Below are positions 23,171-37,626 of a DNA stretch of 64,000 nucleotides, in pieces. The notes under the pieces are model-generated. The model was not told where the DNA came from and searched no databases. It was given only the letters and a program-made list of their open reading frames with translations. Location: positions 9,610,001 to 9,674,000 of the forward strand of contig CM068767.1 in the NCBI GenBank assembly GCA_035084275.1, written 5' to 3'. Position 1 is the first letter of the stretch. Each line of letters starts with the position of its first letter. Origin of the DNA: Hydrolagus colliei (Eukaryota). Position numbers and translations under genes: made by a program.

Positions 23171-25930
23171 TATTATAATGTCATCGTGAAGCAACACTAT
23201 TTGTTCACTATCAATCTAACTGTCAGACCTACACAGCCCAGCTCAGAGCCACAGAAAATACATCCTGATTGATCAGCTCTCTTGTTATTTTCTGACTGCA
23301 TCAGCAATAGTACTTGGACAATATTTGGAAGTTTTATATACATATACACACTAATAAATAATAAATTAAATAGTTAATACAACCAAAGGCTTGAAACCCA
23401 ATGAGGGCAATGTTACTTTTGGAGACGCAAAGAATTGAGGCCAGAGTTACTCCAACATCTACCTTTGCCCCTTGAGCTGAGAACAAATCAACACAGGTTA
23501 ATTATACAAGCAATAGGACAAAAGGTCATGTTCATACTTCTCTGACTGAAAACAAGTTCTCACTATCCAACAGCAAGCCAGAGAAATCCCTACAGTATTG
23601 AGGTACAGATCAGCCATGATCTTCTAAAGTAGCAGAACAGGCTCGAGGGGCTGAATAGCCGACTCCTGTTTCTATGTTGGCTTCATCTGTTGTTTTGAAA
23701 CTGGGATGGCTGCCAAGAGAACAGCCCTTTGGGTGGCAAATATGGGTGTAATTTAATTGTGTGTGTATGGGGGGGGGAGGGGGAGAGAGAGAGGAGTCAC
23801 AGAACAGCAAACTATAACAGCACAGCCCAGAGCATATTTTTTTCGCACAGGCAATGATACCACCATAGAAAATTGAAATGCCAATAAAACTCTTGCGGGA
23901 GCAACTTCCTTCGAGCTTGTAAGATATAGCCCCGGAGAACCTGTAAAAAGAGGAATGGCTGGAAATAGCTGGCAACACACAAACTTGTTTAAAAGCAGTA
24001 AATAAACTACAAAATAAAAAGTTAAAGGAATTAACTGCAGGAATAGGGCATAAACTCTGGATATTGAGTTGGCTCAGATTATGGATTTAAGTCTAAAAGT
24101 AATACTTGCATTTGATACAGTGGTCGCAAACCGCTTCACAGGTTTTCATAAAGTGATTTGACTGTGTATTTTGTGGGCGAAATATACAACTCTTGTTTTG
24201 GGATTTGAGCTCACATGAAAAAATAAAGACATCATCCCCCTGGAGACCACTAAAGCCATGCGCAATGGTTGGTAGCTATGTTTCCCAACTAAACTGCACT
24301 ATAATCAAAGCATGTTTAGAGGTGGCTGGCGTTAAGCAGCTACGAAATATCTTTCTTCCTTCAACATAATACAGTACTAGGCACACCCTGCAGTAGTTAT
24401 CGTTTCCTTGTTGGAGATTATACGATTAGACCATATAGATTACAGAACCTGAAGCACCTTCAGCACTTACAAAGGAAAGTAGGTTAATACTCGAGCAAGA
24501 TTTTTCCATTTGATAAAAGGTTTTTTGAAGCCTGAACAATAAGTAATGAGAATAGATCACCAGGGGGGTTAGCAGGAATGGCTTTCAGTTATGAACAGAC
24601 ATCTTTTTTACACAAGATATCCTAAATCTCTTTTAGGGCCAATTGTGCACATCGGTGTTCCAAACAGTCATGGATCGAGTAACCAAATTATTATTACTAA
24701 TTTAATATACTGTTTTAGAAGGGATTATTATCCCCAGAAAAGCAAACAGACAATCGACTAACAACTGGGTTCCTATTTAATGCTAAGTAAACAGGTTTGT
24801 GGAGTAAGGAAACTTGCCTATGTTCTATGAGATTACTACCCTGGAAAATAATTGCTGTTCTGTTTTTTTTAAAAAGCACTGAATTTTTCCCAAGGGGCAC
24901 GGGGAAGGGAAAGGAGGGAATTTTGCTTCTAAACTCCGTAATAATGATGGCTGCATTTAGCAAAAAGGGTCAGACTTTAGGAAATTTCCTCTAATTATTA
25001 CATTTCTTTTAATTATAAAAAATTAATAATAAAAATTGGTCACTCAATCCACAACATTTCACCCACAAAAGGTGCAGTCAATCACTTTACAGTATATAGT
25101 ACTTTGAGACGTCTCAGCGACATAATAAGGTGCTATCTCTGGGCAAACTTCCACTCGGGTGCTGTTTGGATAATCAAATTACATGAGCCAACTTTCACAG
25201 AAGCCACTCCATTTAGGAAAACTAGCCAGGAATACGAGAAAAGAACAAACAGCCGATATTACCAATGGTTAAACAAGCAGTTGGTGCCTCAGCGTACAAA
25301 CAGACATTATTTTCAATACAAAACACGCACTGTTATTAAAGAACAGGCTGCCAAAGTGTTGATGGTTTCATTGGTCGATTAACACTGAACAGCAGCATAA
25401 ACATGAATAGGCCACAACGTCATCCATAAAAACAGCACATCACATTGGTTTGAACAAGTTTGAACTAATATTGCTATTGTAGCACAGAATGCTTCTGTGC
25501 AATCCCAGGAAAGCTTCAGAGGAGAGCTCCACTATAGATGAAGATGCAATGCAACCTAATGAAAACTGCCAAAGTCTTGAAGGCTCAAGTACAGTATATG
25601 TAATTACTGACCTCATGACCCTTTGTGGAGCACGGCACTGTCCAAACTCACTGCCATATTCAGCTACACTATATTTTACAGAAAACTCCAAAATACTAGT
25701 TGCCCTGAAAAAGCAATTTCATACTAGGATTGGAATTGTTGGAAACAACAATCTGAATTTGGAGAGAATTTAGTTCAGTCTGTGAACAAATGAAAAAATT
25801 GTACTCCAGCCAAACCTTTAAAACACAAAACCCTCTAACACTTAAAACCATTTACAGAATAGAGGCCATTCTATGCTGTAAATGACTGTGTTGCGCTTTT
25901 TTTTTTAAAGTCCCATTTACCTTCCATTGT

Positions 25931-26224
25931 GGAGTCCTGTAGCTCAGTGGTTAGAGCACTCGTGTGAGACCTGTGTTCAAATCCAGTCAGATCCAGGCGA
26001 AACCTTGGGCAAGTTTCCTTATTCTACATGCCTAATAATAAGTCTCTCAATCAATTGATCATTTCAATGCACGACTGTTTGTGGGACACTGCTGTGCGCA
26101 ATTGGCTGCTGTGTTTTGCCCAAAAAATATACAGTTAATTCACAGCATATTCTGAGAAGCGCTTTGAGGCATCTAGAAGACAGGAAAAGCGCTATACCAA
26201 ATGGCAGGATTATTATTATTATTA
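25931..26224 (+). mobile_element. Deu-type SINE
   Basis: Head, Deu core and (ATT)n tail. Confidence 0.85.
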
Positions 26225-27770
26225 ATCTGTCTCCATCACCACCCATGGAAAGGCATTCCATTTCGCAACAATCCTGTGTGAACCAATTTTTCCTAATTAT
26301 TTATTTGCTGGTTATCTTAAATTAATGTGTGCAAAGGCTGCATGTGCTGCATTTGCCTTAAAAAAACCTCAAAAACACTTGGCAGGAATTATCTGTAAAA
26401 TCCTATGAGATGTTTGGATTTAAGACATTATATAAAAAAAACAAGTTCTTTGTTTTCGCTGATTTCTTGTGTATTCTCAAATAGACATGCTCATAGATCT
26501 GAATGGTTAGTTTTGTATTACAATGCACTTTAGACTGATTTCATTTCCTTTGTGGGAATTACCCAAGTCATGCAAAATTCCACAAGGATAGTTTTCAAGA
26601 GACACTTATAGCTTACTATAATTCGTGACTATAATCGGTGTCGTACTCTGCCACTGTCAAGCGCTCTGGGACACCACAACAACAACCAAAATTACATTTA
26701 TAAAGCGCCTTTCATGTTGGGCGGACGTCCCAAGGCACTGAACAGTCAGGGGTCAGGATTTTCTCTACCTGGTTCTCTTTTAAGACCTAAAACCCCTACC
26801 CTGTGTGAGGGGAGTTATATTAATGCAAATTACTGTTGACCACATATACACACTCGCTCTCTGCACATTTGGGACGTCTTCCTGATGGGAAAGACGCTGT
26901 ATAAATGTAATTATTTATTGATAATTAGTATTATTGATTGGAAGCAAGGATACAGAAAACAATGAAATGATGAATTAGGAGCAGGAGTAGACCATTCGGC
27001 CCCTCGAGTCTGCCCCGCCATTCAATAAGATCATGGCTGATCTTCTTCATGGTCTTGCTCCACCCAACATCTGTGACCTCTAAAAATACTCTGTGCACCT
27101 CACCCAGCCTCCTGCAATATCGGAGATTGGGCAAAGCGCAGCAGCTTTGGGATTTATAGAGCGCCTTTCATATTGGGAGGACGTCTCAAGGCGCTAAACA
27201 GTCAGGTTGGGACCCGAGCAAGGGAGAGGGGTAAGGTAGGGGGGAGGCTCGGGAGAGAGTTAGGAGGGGAGGGAGAGAATTGGGAGGGCAGCAGAAGCAC
27301 AATCAAAGAGGTGAGTCTTGAGACCGACCTTGAAGGAGGCGAGGGAGGGAGCGACGTGGAGGGACTGTGGGATGGAGTTCTAGTGTGTGGGGACAGAGAG
27401 GCTGAAAGCACATCCACCGATGGTAGGGCAGTTGCGCGCGAAAGACAACATCAACTTGCCTTTATTCCTCCATGGCAGACGGAGGTGCTATATCAAATGC
27501 AAGGATTATTATTATCTTCCCAGTACCACCTTGCCCTCCATCCCTCTCGACTCCAGCCCGCAGCTCGGGTCCAATCCCTTGACTATCCTGTATCTTGGAA
27601 CATCCTTCCAACATGAAAGACGCGATACAAGTGTAATTTGTTGTTGTTGTTGTTTGCCAAAAGCATCAATTGCTTATAGTTTGCGATTAAGCAAAGCTTG
27701 AAATTGAACAAATTTCTGAAAAGCAGATTATAATGACTGCAAGAGTTAATAAGCCCATGTGAATCAATAT

Positions 27771-28080
27771 AATAATAATCCTTGCATTTGATATAGCGCT
27801 TTTCATGTCTTCTAGACATTTCAAAGCGCTTCACAGAATATACTGCAAAGTGAAATGATTGTATATTTGTGGGCGAAACGCAGCAGCCAATTATGCACAG
27901 GAATGACCTACAAAAAGCCATGGATTGAAAATGAACAATTTACTATTGCTTTTTTTTTGAGGGATTATTATTAGGCGTGTGAAGTAAGGAAACTTGCCCA
28001 AGGTTTCGCCCTGACTGGATTCGAAACACAGGTCTCACGCTTGTAAGGCAAGTGCTCTAACCACTGAGCCTCAGGGCTCC
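27771..28080 (-). mobile_element. Deu-type SINE
   Basis: Reverse-complement full-length copy. Confidence 0.85.
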
Positions 28081-31000
28081 TACGTGCTTGAAACTTCTTG
28101 TTTAATGCAATATGTACCACCTCAAGCCAGCAACAACAACTTACATATATAGTGCCTATCATGCAGGGCAGTGTCCTGGAGCGCTTCACAAATGCAGAGT
28201 CTCACAACGAGCAAGGTAAAGGGGGAGGTGACCATAAGGATAATCAAACGGGAAGGTTTTTGCATAGGATTAAAGGTGAGGCAGGAGGGGCAAGGCGGAG
28301 GGATTGAGGGAAAGAATTCCAGAGTTTCTTGGAGTGGTGGCTGATGGTGGAATAGACGGCACAAGGGATAAACAGGAGGTTGGAACCAGCTTAGTAAAGG
28401 GCAGTTGGAAGAAGCTCAAGCCTGCGCAAAATGAGAGAAAACAAGGAGAGCAAACGCAGAAACTTATACAGTACATTTAAAGACCCCAAAAAACAAACAA
28501 ACGTTGAGCAGCACAATGTTGACAGCCCAATGGTGTAGTGTTACGGGGTTTAGAAGATGGAAGACGAAGAAAGCTAAGTAAATGAATGAAACACTAAAGA
28601 GCATTACACACGGGATGGAGCAGAAACATTCATGTCCATATTGAAGTTGCAGCTGCTGAGTGCTCCGCTTGGCAAAGCATTGATACGGACAGTGTGATAA
28701 ATACAACTGCAATATCCTCCTCTCCAGGCAGGCAGTGCGCAGGACTTGTGCTATAGCACAGGAGACAAATGTCTGTCTCTATATAACTGCAGCCACTGTG
28801 CAGTGAATAAGCCGCTCACAAATTGCCAGGTGCCTACATTAGTGGTGAGGTCACTGCAATTCCAAATTTGGAAGGGAGGGGATGGAACAACAACAGCTGA
28901 CACTACACCAATCGCGCTGCCAATCCCATCTTCACATTCCTGCTACGTTGTGGGATCCTGTAGCTCAGTGGTTGGAGCACTCGCCTTACAAGTCAGAGAC
29001 ATAGGCTGAATTCCAAGAGGGGTGAAATCTCGGGCAGCTTTCCTTACTTACTCCACAAGCCTCATAATAATCCCTCAAAGAAACAATAATGAATTGGTTT
29101 TCACAATCCATGACTGTGTGTGGGATGCTGCTGTGCGCAATTGGCTGCTGCGTTTCGCCCACATATACAGTCAATTCATTTTACAGTATATTCTATGAAG
29201 CGCCCTGGGACATCTATAATAATTATAATAATCCTTTCTTCTGATAGTGCTTTTCACATCTTCTAGACGTCTCAAAGCCCCTCACAGAATATACTGTACT
29301 GTAAAGTGACTGTACTGCATATACACAGTATATATGTAGGCGAAATGCAATATGTAGCCAATTATGCACAGCAGTGCATAGAAGATGTGAAAACATGATT
29401 GTTTGTGGGACACTGCTGTGTACAACGGCTTCCACTTTACACCCACAAAATATACAGTCAATTCACTTTACTGTAGATTCTGTGAAGTGCTTTGAGACAT
29501 TTTAAAGTGATAAGACTCTATATCAAATGCAAGGATTACCATTAGTAGTAGTCATAATGAGGAATATAAAAGTGTAAGGCGATAGCCTTTTAATGTGTAG
29601 TACATATCCGATTGCATATGCTAGTCTCATTTGCTTATTGAGGCATGCTGGAATTACTTCTCCATTCTGAGGAGGACAGGGAAGAGAAAATATGAATCAG
29701 TTTTGCAATAAAGATAAGAGGAAATAACTGTAGAATTTGTCTAAATGTCATTCTCCACTGTATACCACAGTTGATTTGGATCCATAAATTGCTTTACCCT
29801 CAACAAATAAATGCATGCAGTATTGAAGGCTGCTTGCTCAATCCTTCAGATTATTTTGGAGCCCATGTGTTCACCTGTCCCTCCCTCAAAGCAACACACT
29901 TTCCAGAGGTGCTTTCCTCTTCTTGTCCATCAGTTTTGCACAATTCACGCCAACCCTTGCATGTTGCCTGTCCTTACCCAATAGTCCTTTGTTAATCTCA
30001 CGAGGCTTCAAAACCTGAACTGCATTTTTAAACATTTCTATACAATATTCTGTATTTCACTTCCTCATTCTCCCTCATACAAGGCGCAGAATTACCTTCA
30101 TTGCCTTCTCAAATGGTTCTTTCCCAATAGTATTTTTAGAAGAAAAGTTATCACGAAAATTAGCACAGTTCTCCACGTGTGGTCTTCAATAGTTTCACTT
30201 CCCTGGATTTACATTCTACTTATAATCTCAACGTTTCACTTTTTGTTAACAGGATAGATAATAATAGTCTTTGCATATGATATAGCACCTTATCATGTCT
30301 TCTGAGACGTCTCAAAACACTTCATCAATATATTTTAAAGTGAATTGATTATATATTTTGTGGGTGAAACACAGCAGTGATTTGTGCACAGCAGCGTCCC
30401 ACAGTCTGTACATTAAACAAAGGACGTTCCTCTCATAGAATACAGAAAGCCACACTGATCAAAAAAAGTGACATCAAAGCCACAAGTGGCATAAATCTCA
30501 GAGACCTTCAGATGAGTACTGCAAGGTCAGAGGTCTCTTGTTGATGTAGTTCAACGCAGAGTTTTGCACTCAGTGAAAATCCAACAATTTATCACAAACT
30601 TAGTGAGCGATATCTGGCCGCTTGGCAGACACAAGGAGGGCTTTCAGCAGATCTATTTTTCTACATGTATTACAAAAAGCCACTTGGTGCAGCAAACGCG
30701 GTGACCATTTAAGTGAATTACTACTGAGATTGGCAAGTGACATTTACAGGAGTAGGAGTGAGGCACTCAATGAATGTTCCGATTTTATCTTCAAGATGGG
30801 AAGCCACTTATCGAGCTGGTTGACAGATTTAATAGAAACCCAAAGTAACAGGTTAGTGCGTCCTTCAACAGATGTCAGGTCAGTTATTGCTTCAAGTTGC
30901 ACGGTGAGAAAAGATGGCTACTAAGTCTGAGAAGCTACAGTGCAGTCCAGTTTTAGAACGTGGCAATTCCACCCATTGGATAAGACATTGAGCTCAGGCC

Positions 31001-33811
31001 TCAGGTGAGTTGGTGGAAGCTACTCTTCTGGATTGGTTGCTGGTTGCAAACCGGGTGCGGTACCCATCAACAGTCACTACACTCTTGAAATCAACAACAT
31101 TGATCCAATAGTAGATTTTGTTCCCCCAAAAAATGTACAATCACACCTAATAATAATTCCTCTAAAAAAAGCACAATAATAAAAATTTGTCATTTCAATC
31201 CATGACTATTTGGGGGACACTGCTCTGCACAATTAGCTGCCGCATTTCGCCCACAAATATAGTCAATTCACTTTATAGTATATTCTGTGAAGAGCTTTGA
31301 GACATTGATAAGATGTGAAAAACGCTATATCAAGCGCATGGATTATTATTATTATATTTTACAATATATTTTGTGAGTGAAGGTGGCCGTAAACTTGGTC
31401 GAAGAGGAAAGTTTTCATGTGGTACTTGAAAAATGTTAGAAAGGGGTAGGGAGTGAGTGGATTTGAACACGAGTGTGAGGATCTTGAAGTCGATCCGTGC
31501 AGTGGAGCCTGGGCCAGAACTGGTGAGCTATGGGTATGGAGTTTGGTTCGAGACAGTATGCGTGCAGCAGAGTTGAATACATTATCACATTACTGTAATA
31601 ATATTATCTTCGCTGCTCCACACATTTGCGTTAAATCACAAAATGAATTAGAGGGAAAGTTAGAAAACATGTTAGAAAATGTGGAATTCTCTACCCCAAA
31701 GCATTATTGAGGCAGAGGCCAAAAATAATTATAAAATAGAACGAGGAACATCAACGGATGCCAGGAGCAAGTAACAACAACAAAATTACATTTGTAGAGC
31801 GCCCTTCACGTCGGAATACATCCCAAGGTGCAGAACAGTCAGGTGTCAGGACCCGAGCTGGGGGCTGGGTGACATAAGAGAGTGGGATTAGAGAGTGGGG
31901 TAGCTCACATGAAGAGACTGAATGGCCTACTTCTGTGCTTTAACATTCCATTGAGATGGTTGTACAAAGTGGGGGAATGGCCTGTGTAAAGTATAACACA
32001 ATGTAGACGCACTCCCAAGGCCTCCTCAATACTCTGAAGCACTTTTCCATTCAGATGCATCCATCTGTGAAACTGCTTAATTGGTTCGACAAAGATCGAC
32101 ACCAATTCTTCAAACACAAGTTTGCACTTGCTGGTAAAACCAACGGATTACCAGCCAATGAGAAATTTGATACCATTTAAATTCCCCAGGTGTGTGTATG
32201 TATGTGTGTTTTTTGAAAAAAGCAAACCCAAACCACGGATATTCGAAGCACTTTGTGAGCAGCTGTTGCAGTTTGTTCTTTCTGCACAATAGGTCTTCGT
32301 TCCATTTACTTTTCTTGAACCTATGGCTTCCAGAAACAATTCACTTTTTTTAATCCCTTATTCAATTTGACACTTCTCAAAATTACTGTAATGTGGGGTG
32401 GGGGAGTATAAAATAATAAAATATTTAAATTTATAATAATAATCCTGCATTTGATATAGCACCTTATCATGTCTCCAAGCCGTCTAAAGCATGTCACAGA
32501 ATATACTGTAAAGTGAATTGACTGTTACAAAGGATGGATGGTGCATTCATTTACAGCTGAGAGTTGTCAGACAGCTTTGTGGATATGCTGACACCACAGG
32601 TTACCTACCGTAAGCCTGTTGGTGTTGCAATCTCTGAATTGCATGCAGCGAGTGAAAAGCAATCGATGTTGTACAGCAACGTGAGCGGTGGAAAGAGTGG
32701 GTTTAATCAGCTAAGCTCTCTTTACTTGCAAAACGCAAACTTAGCGCACGTTCGCATCTAACATTGATTATTGTAAATGGTATTAGAATTAAAAGACTAC
32801 TGTGAAACTTGGTTTACAGTCTGGTCATAATTCAAAACAAGTAGACAAGAAGTCGCACATGCCTTCTTGTGTAGAAGACTTGGAGAGATTGCCTGCTTCA
32901 TATAGGTTAGCTGAATTGGGTTTTCACACTTTAGTCCACTGCAGTTACTGAATTCAGACCCCACAATGTACAATACTTATCCACCCAGGTAATGGAGCAG
33001 TATTTTACACAAACCAGATGAGAGAACAGGATGCCTGTAGGGAATATTTCCTGCTGAATACAGTATTTATCCAATGGGCAAAACCACCTGAATAATGCAG
33101 TACAACAACAATAAAAAAAAACTTGTACAGAGCCTTTCATGTCAGGAGGACATTCTCAGTGACAACATCATGCTAGTTATCCTGGTGCTGATGTAGAAAT
33201 GTCCAACAGGTATATTTTTCATAGATAAGGAAGAGTGGACAGACCTGAAATGGTCAGAAAGTTACTGATTTTCTAGAGGATGAACACTGAAATGGAAGGT
33301 GGTGATGCAATAAGATGAAATATTTGGCTTCGAATAAATAATTCCTCCACTTCCATTTGATACAGAACCTTTTGTGTCAGGAGAATGTCTTCCAAAGCAT
33401 TTCCCAAGATTATTGTAAAGTGAATGCGACTTTTTGTGGGCAAATGTGGCAGCCAATTACTTTACAGCAATGTCCGACAAGCAACTGTTAAGTAAATGTC
33501 TCATTTTATCTGGGAGATTGTTGGCCACAGCACTGGGGAAAAACTCCTTGCTCTTTTCGAATAGTATAAGATCTTTAAAGTCCCCCTGAACAGGCACAGA
33601 TAAGACCCTGGTTTCAAGTCCCAAACAAAGGACGGCACCTCCGACAACCCAGCAATCCCCCAATAATGTACTGGCAACAACAACAAATTACATTTGTATA
33701 GGGCCTTTTATGTCAGGTCACCTTAGACTAGAAACCCAAAGGCCATATATGGGACTTGAACCACAACCTTCCTGCTAGATATGAGGCTGACACCTGGGTT
33801 ATATTTTCTGC

Positions 33812-34112
33812 TCCTGTGGCTCAGTGGTTAGAAAACTCATTTCACAGGTGAGACCTGTGTTCGAATCTAGGCAGATCAGGGCAAAACCTTGGGCAAGTTT
33901 ATTTGCTCCACACTCCTAAAACAATCACGATAATAAAATTGGTAATTTCGATCCACAACTGTTTGTGGGACACTGCTGTGCGCAATTGGCTGCTGCGTTT
34001 CACCCACAAATATACAGTCAATTCACTTTATAGTATATTCTGCGAAGCACTTTGAGACATCGATGAGATGTGAAAAGCGCTATATCAAATGTAAGGATTA
34101 TTATTATTATTT
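33812..34112 (+). mobile_element. Deu-type SINE
   Basis: Head with GTTCGAATC B box, Deu core and (ATT)n tail. Confidence 0.85.
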
Positions 34113-37100
34113 TAACTGAATAAAACCAAAAGGATCAACCTCCCCAAAATGAGGATACAGGTTTGCTGAGAATCCGAGCAGCTTCAGGCAATACCGAGTT
34201 TAGGAGACAGAAATGTTTTAGAACAAAAAATGTCTATACATATCAGAACTCTTCCTGGTACTATAGAAAAGTTTTTTAGCCAGTGCAATTTCTGACTCCT
34301 AGCACCTCAGCGGATCAATATCAAGATCCTCACCCCGACCTACAAATCTTTTCCTGTCCTTCCTCCTGCCCATGCTGTTCTCTCTTTTGACCTTCAGTTA
34401 AAGTCCAAGGTCTCTCAGAATACTTCTTGCTTTTGATTCAGTGCCTTTCATGTTATCGAGATGTCTCAAACCGCTTCACGGGATATTCTGTCAAGTGGAT
34501 TGACTATATTTTGCGAGAGTAAGGCGGCAACCAGTTGCGCACAGCAATGTCCCACAAACAGCCACGGAATGAGTGACCAATTTTATTTAGGGGATTATTG
34601 GCCAGGACACCGGGAGAGAGAAACTTTCATTTCTTTTTGAATAGTGCTTTGGGAACTCTGAATGTTCTCTCTTTGCCTTCATAATATCACAAATGTTTTT
34701 TTGCCTGAAAATCCCTCTCTTTAGGAATCCCTGGAGTCCTGTAGCTTAATGGTTAGAGCACTTGCCTTGCGAGTGAGAGACCTGGGTTCAATTCCAAGCA
34801 GGGCAAAATCTTGGGCAAGTTTCCTTACTCCACACGCCTAATAATCTCTCAAGAAAAAAAATAATCCTTGCATTTGATATAGCACTTTTCACGTCTTCTG
34901 GATGTATCAAAACGCTTCACAGAATAAAATATAAAGTGAATTGACTGTATATTTGTGGGCGAAATGCAACAGCCAATTGCGCACAGCAGTGTCCCCACAA
35001 ACAATCGTGGATTGAAACGACCAATTTTAATATATTTTTTTAAATGAGTAAAATAAGTTGGTCACTCAATCCATGACTGTTTGTGGGACACTCATTGTGC
35101 ACAATTGGCTGCCGCGTTTCATCCACAAATCTAGTCAATTAATTTTACAGTATATTCTGTGAACCGATTTGAGACATATAGAAGATATGAAAAGCGCTGT
35201 ACCAAACGCATGGATTATCATTTATTATTATCCCCATTGTCTTTGTGAAGGGCGAGCTAAATTGAATTTTCAAAGCACAATGTCCGCATATAAAACATCC
35301 TCTGGCGGAGCACAAGAGTTGGACAAAATATTTCTGGTTTGAATGCTTCGTGCTTTTGAGGTTCATGAAACACCAAGCCTAAAACAAAATACTCCTCGAG
35401 TGCATGGTCTGTCTCCCTGTATCTAACAAGCAACACTGCAGTAATACAATACAAAATTATATTTGTGTAGTGCCTTTCATGTCAGGAGGACGTCCCAAGG
35501 TGCTGGACAGTAGTTAACCAGCAGAGACTGGCTCTTTGGAGGTGTAAACACGTCTTCAAGCTTCTGAGCCAAAGCGGTGACAGGTAGGGAGGTCTAAGTA
35601 GCGAAACAAACTGCTGATTTAGCACTAACCCAACTAAATCAAAACCTGTACCCCAAAACTTCTTAAAATAAACTGCCTAATGTTCCCTTTTGCTAATAAT
35701 CTTAAATTGATGTCCTTAAACTATTGACACACCAGCCCATGTAATTAATGTTTCCCCGTAAACTATCAAACCCTCTTCCACTCCTGATAATTTTATATGC
35801 TTCAATCAGATTTCCACTCAACCATCTCTACCAGCGAAAATAGGCTTAGTTCATCCAGTTTCTGTTCATAAGTCAAACCACTGATTTTTTTTCTATCCTA
35901 GCAAATCTCTGCATCCTCCCTATGGCTCTGCCATCAGTCCTCAATTGTGCTCCAACTAATGATTGATACACGTTAAGCATTACCTCTCTGGTTTTAGATT
36001 TTTACCATTATGGAGTTCTGAGAGGACCTGGGTTTGTTTCTGTGCAGGGTGAAGCATTGGTCATGTTCCCTTTCGCCACACACCTCTGGTTACCTACCAG
36101 TAAGCAGGAACCCAGTTGTTAATCGATTGGCAGCTCGCTTTTCCCACGCTTTGAGTTATCATTTCCCCTCCCCATCCCATCTCCCTTGGCTCCTACCCCC
36201 AGCTCAGCTTTGAGATGTCCTTCTGACTTGATAGAGGTACTGCTTCAAGTCAAACCACTGATTGATAGAGATACTGTATCAATGTTATTATATTTCTGGA
36301 AGGCAAACACAAAAATATTGCTTATGTGGCCCACAACAGCCAAAAGGTTAGCTGCCCCCACGCAGGCCCCCCTCCCCCACCCCCATCACGTCTTGCGTTA
36401 AATGTGTTGTCCTTGTCTCGTTTATCTTTGTCACTCTGCAGTCCTCTGGTATAGTTTTTAACAAATATCTCAAACCCCAGAATTAAATCAAGGACATTTC
36501 ACAGAAATGACTAGGCAGCTGCAGGCTGATTTGTCCCCCACATCGGATACTTACTTTCACACGTCGTTTGGTTCACAAAACAATAGGATCTTCAGCCTTG
36601 GCCAGTGTTGTGAGAACAGCCTTGGAACTCGCTGCTTTTGCAATAAAAAATCATCTCATTCTAGAGTTTAAAATGGTAACAGTTTAAGATTTTTTTCCCC
36701 AGAGAAATTGCATTTTGGAGGCCGGTGACTGTTCCATCTACTTGTGAGGTTTCCATGTTAACGTATAATAATCCTTGCATTTGATATAATAATAATAATG
36801 AAACCCTTACATTTGATACAGCGCTTCATCACCTCTCCAATTGTTCAAAACACACTATGAGTACCCACACCGCCTGCAACGTTCACAACAGACAGCACAA
36901 TAACCCAGCCCAACTTAATTAGTCACACTCTCTTTTCAGAGTCAGAGGTTGCCGTATATTGGGACTTTGAGCTCATAGTCTAGGCTGACACACCACCTGC
37001 CTGCTCAGGTAGATATTAATATCCCGTGGCACTGTTCAAAAGAGAAATTGCACAAATTGGCTGATGTGAAAAGAGACTATAAAAAATGCAAGCATTATAA

Positions 37101-37308
37101 TAAGTCATCCTTCCATTTGAGATAGTGCTTTTCACATCTTCTAGACATCTCAAAGTGCTTCACAGAAATGAATTGACTGTATGTTTGTAGGCGAAAACGT
37201 GGCAGCCAATTGCGCACAGCAATGTCGCACAAACTGTTCATCATTACAAATAAAACATTACACTTTACAGAATGCTTGCTGAAGCACTTTTGGCGTTCCA
37301 TCCAACCT

Positions 37309-37626
37309 GGAGTCCTGTAGCTCAGTGGTTAGAGCACTCACCTTACAAATGTGAGACCTGTGCTTTGAATCCAGGCACGTCAGAGCGAAACCTTGGGCAA
37401 GTTTCTTTACTCTGCACGCCTAATAATAATCCGTCCCCCAAAAAAAACTATAATTGGTCATTTTCAATCCACAACTGTTTGTGGGACACTGCTATGCACA
37501 ATTGACTGCCGCGTTTCGCCCACAAATATACAGTCAATTCACTTTACAGTATATTCTGTGAAACGCTTTGAGACGTCTAGGATCTCAAATAAAAATATAA
37601 AAATGCAAGGATTATTATTATTATTT
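37309..37626 (+). mobile_element. Deu-type SINE
   Basis: Full-length copy. Confidence 0.85.

Noticed and set aside
36555-36660. Exon-like segment on the minus strand (ag...|gtaagt) as the missing PRDM2 exon 7
   Set aside because: No recognisable similarity and stops in the frames examined; unsupported without RNA data.
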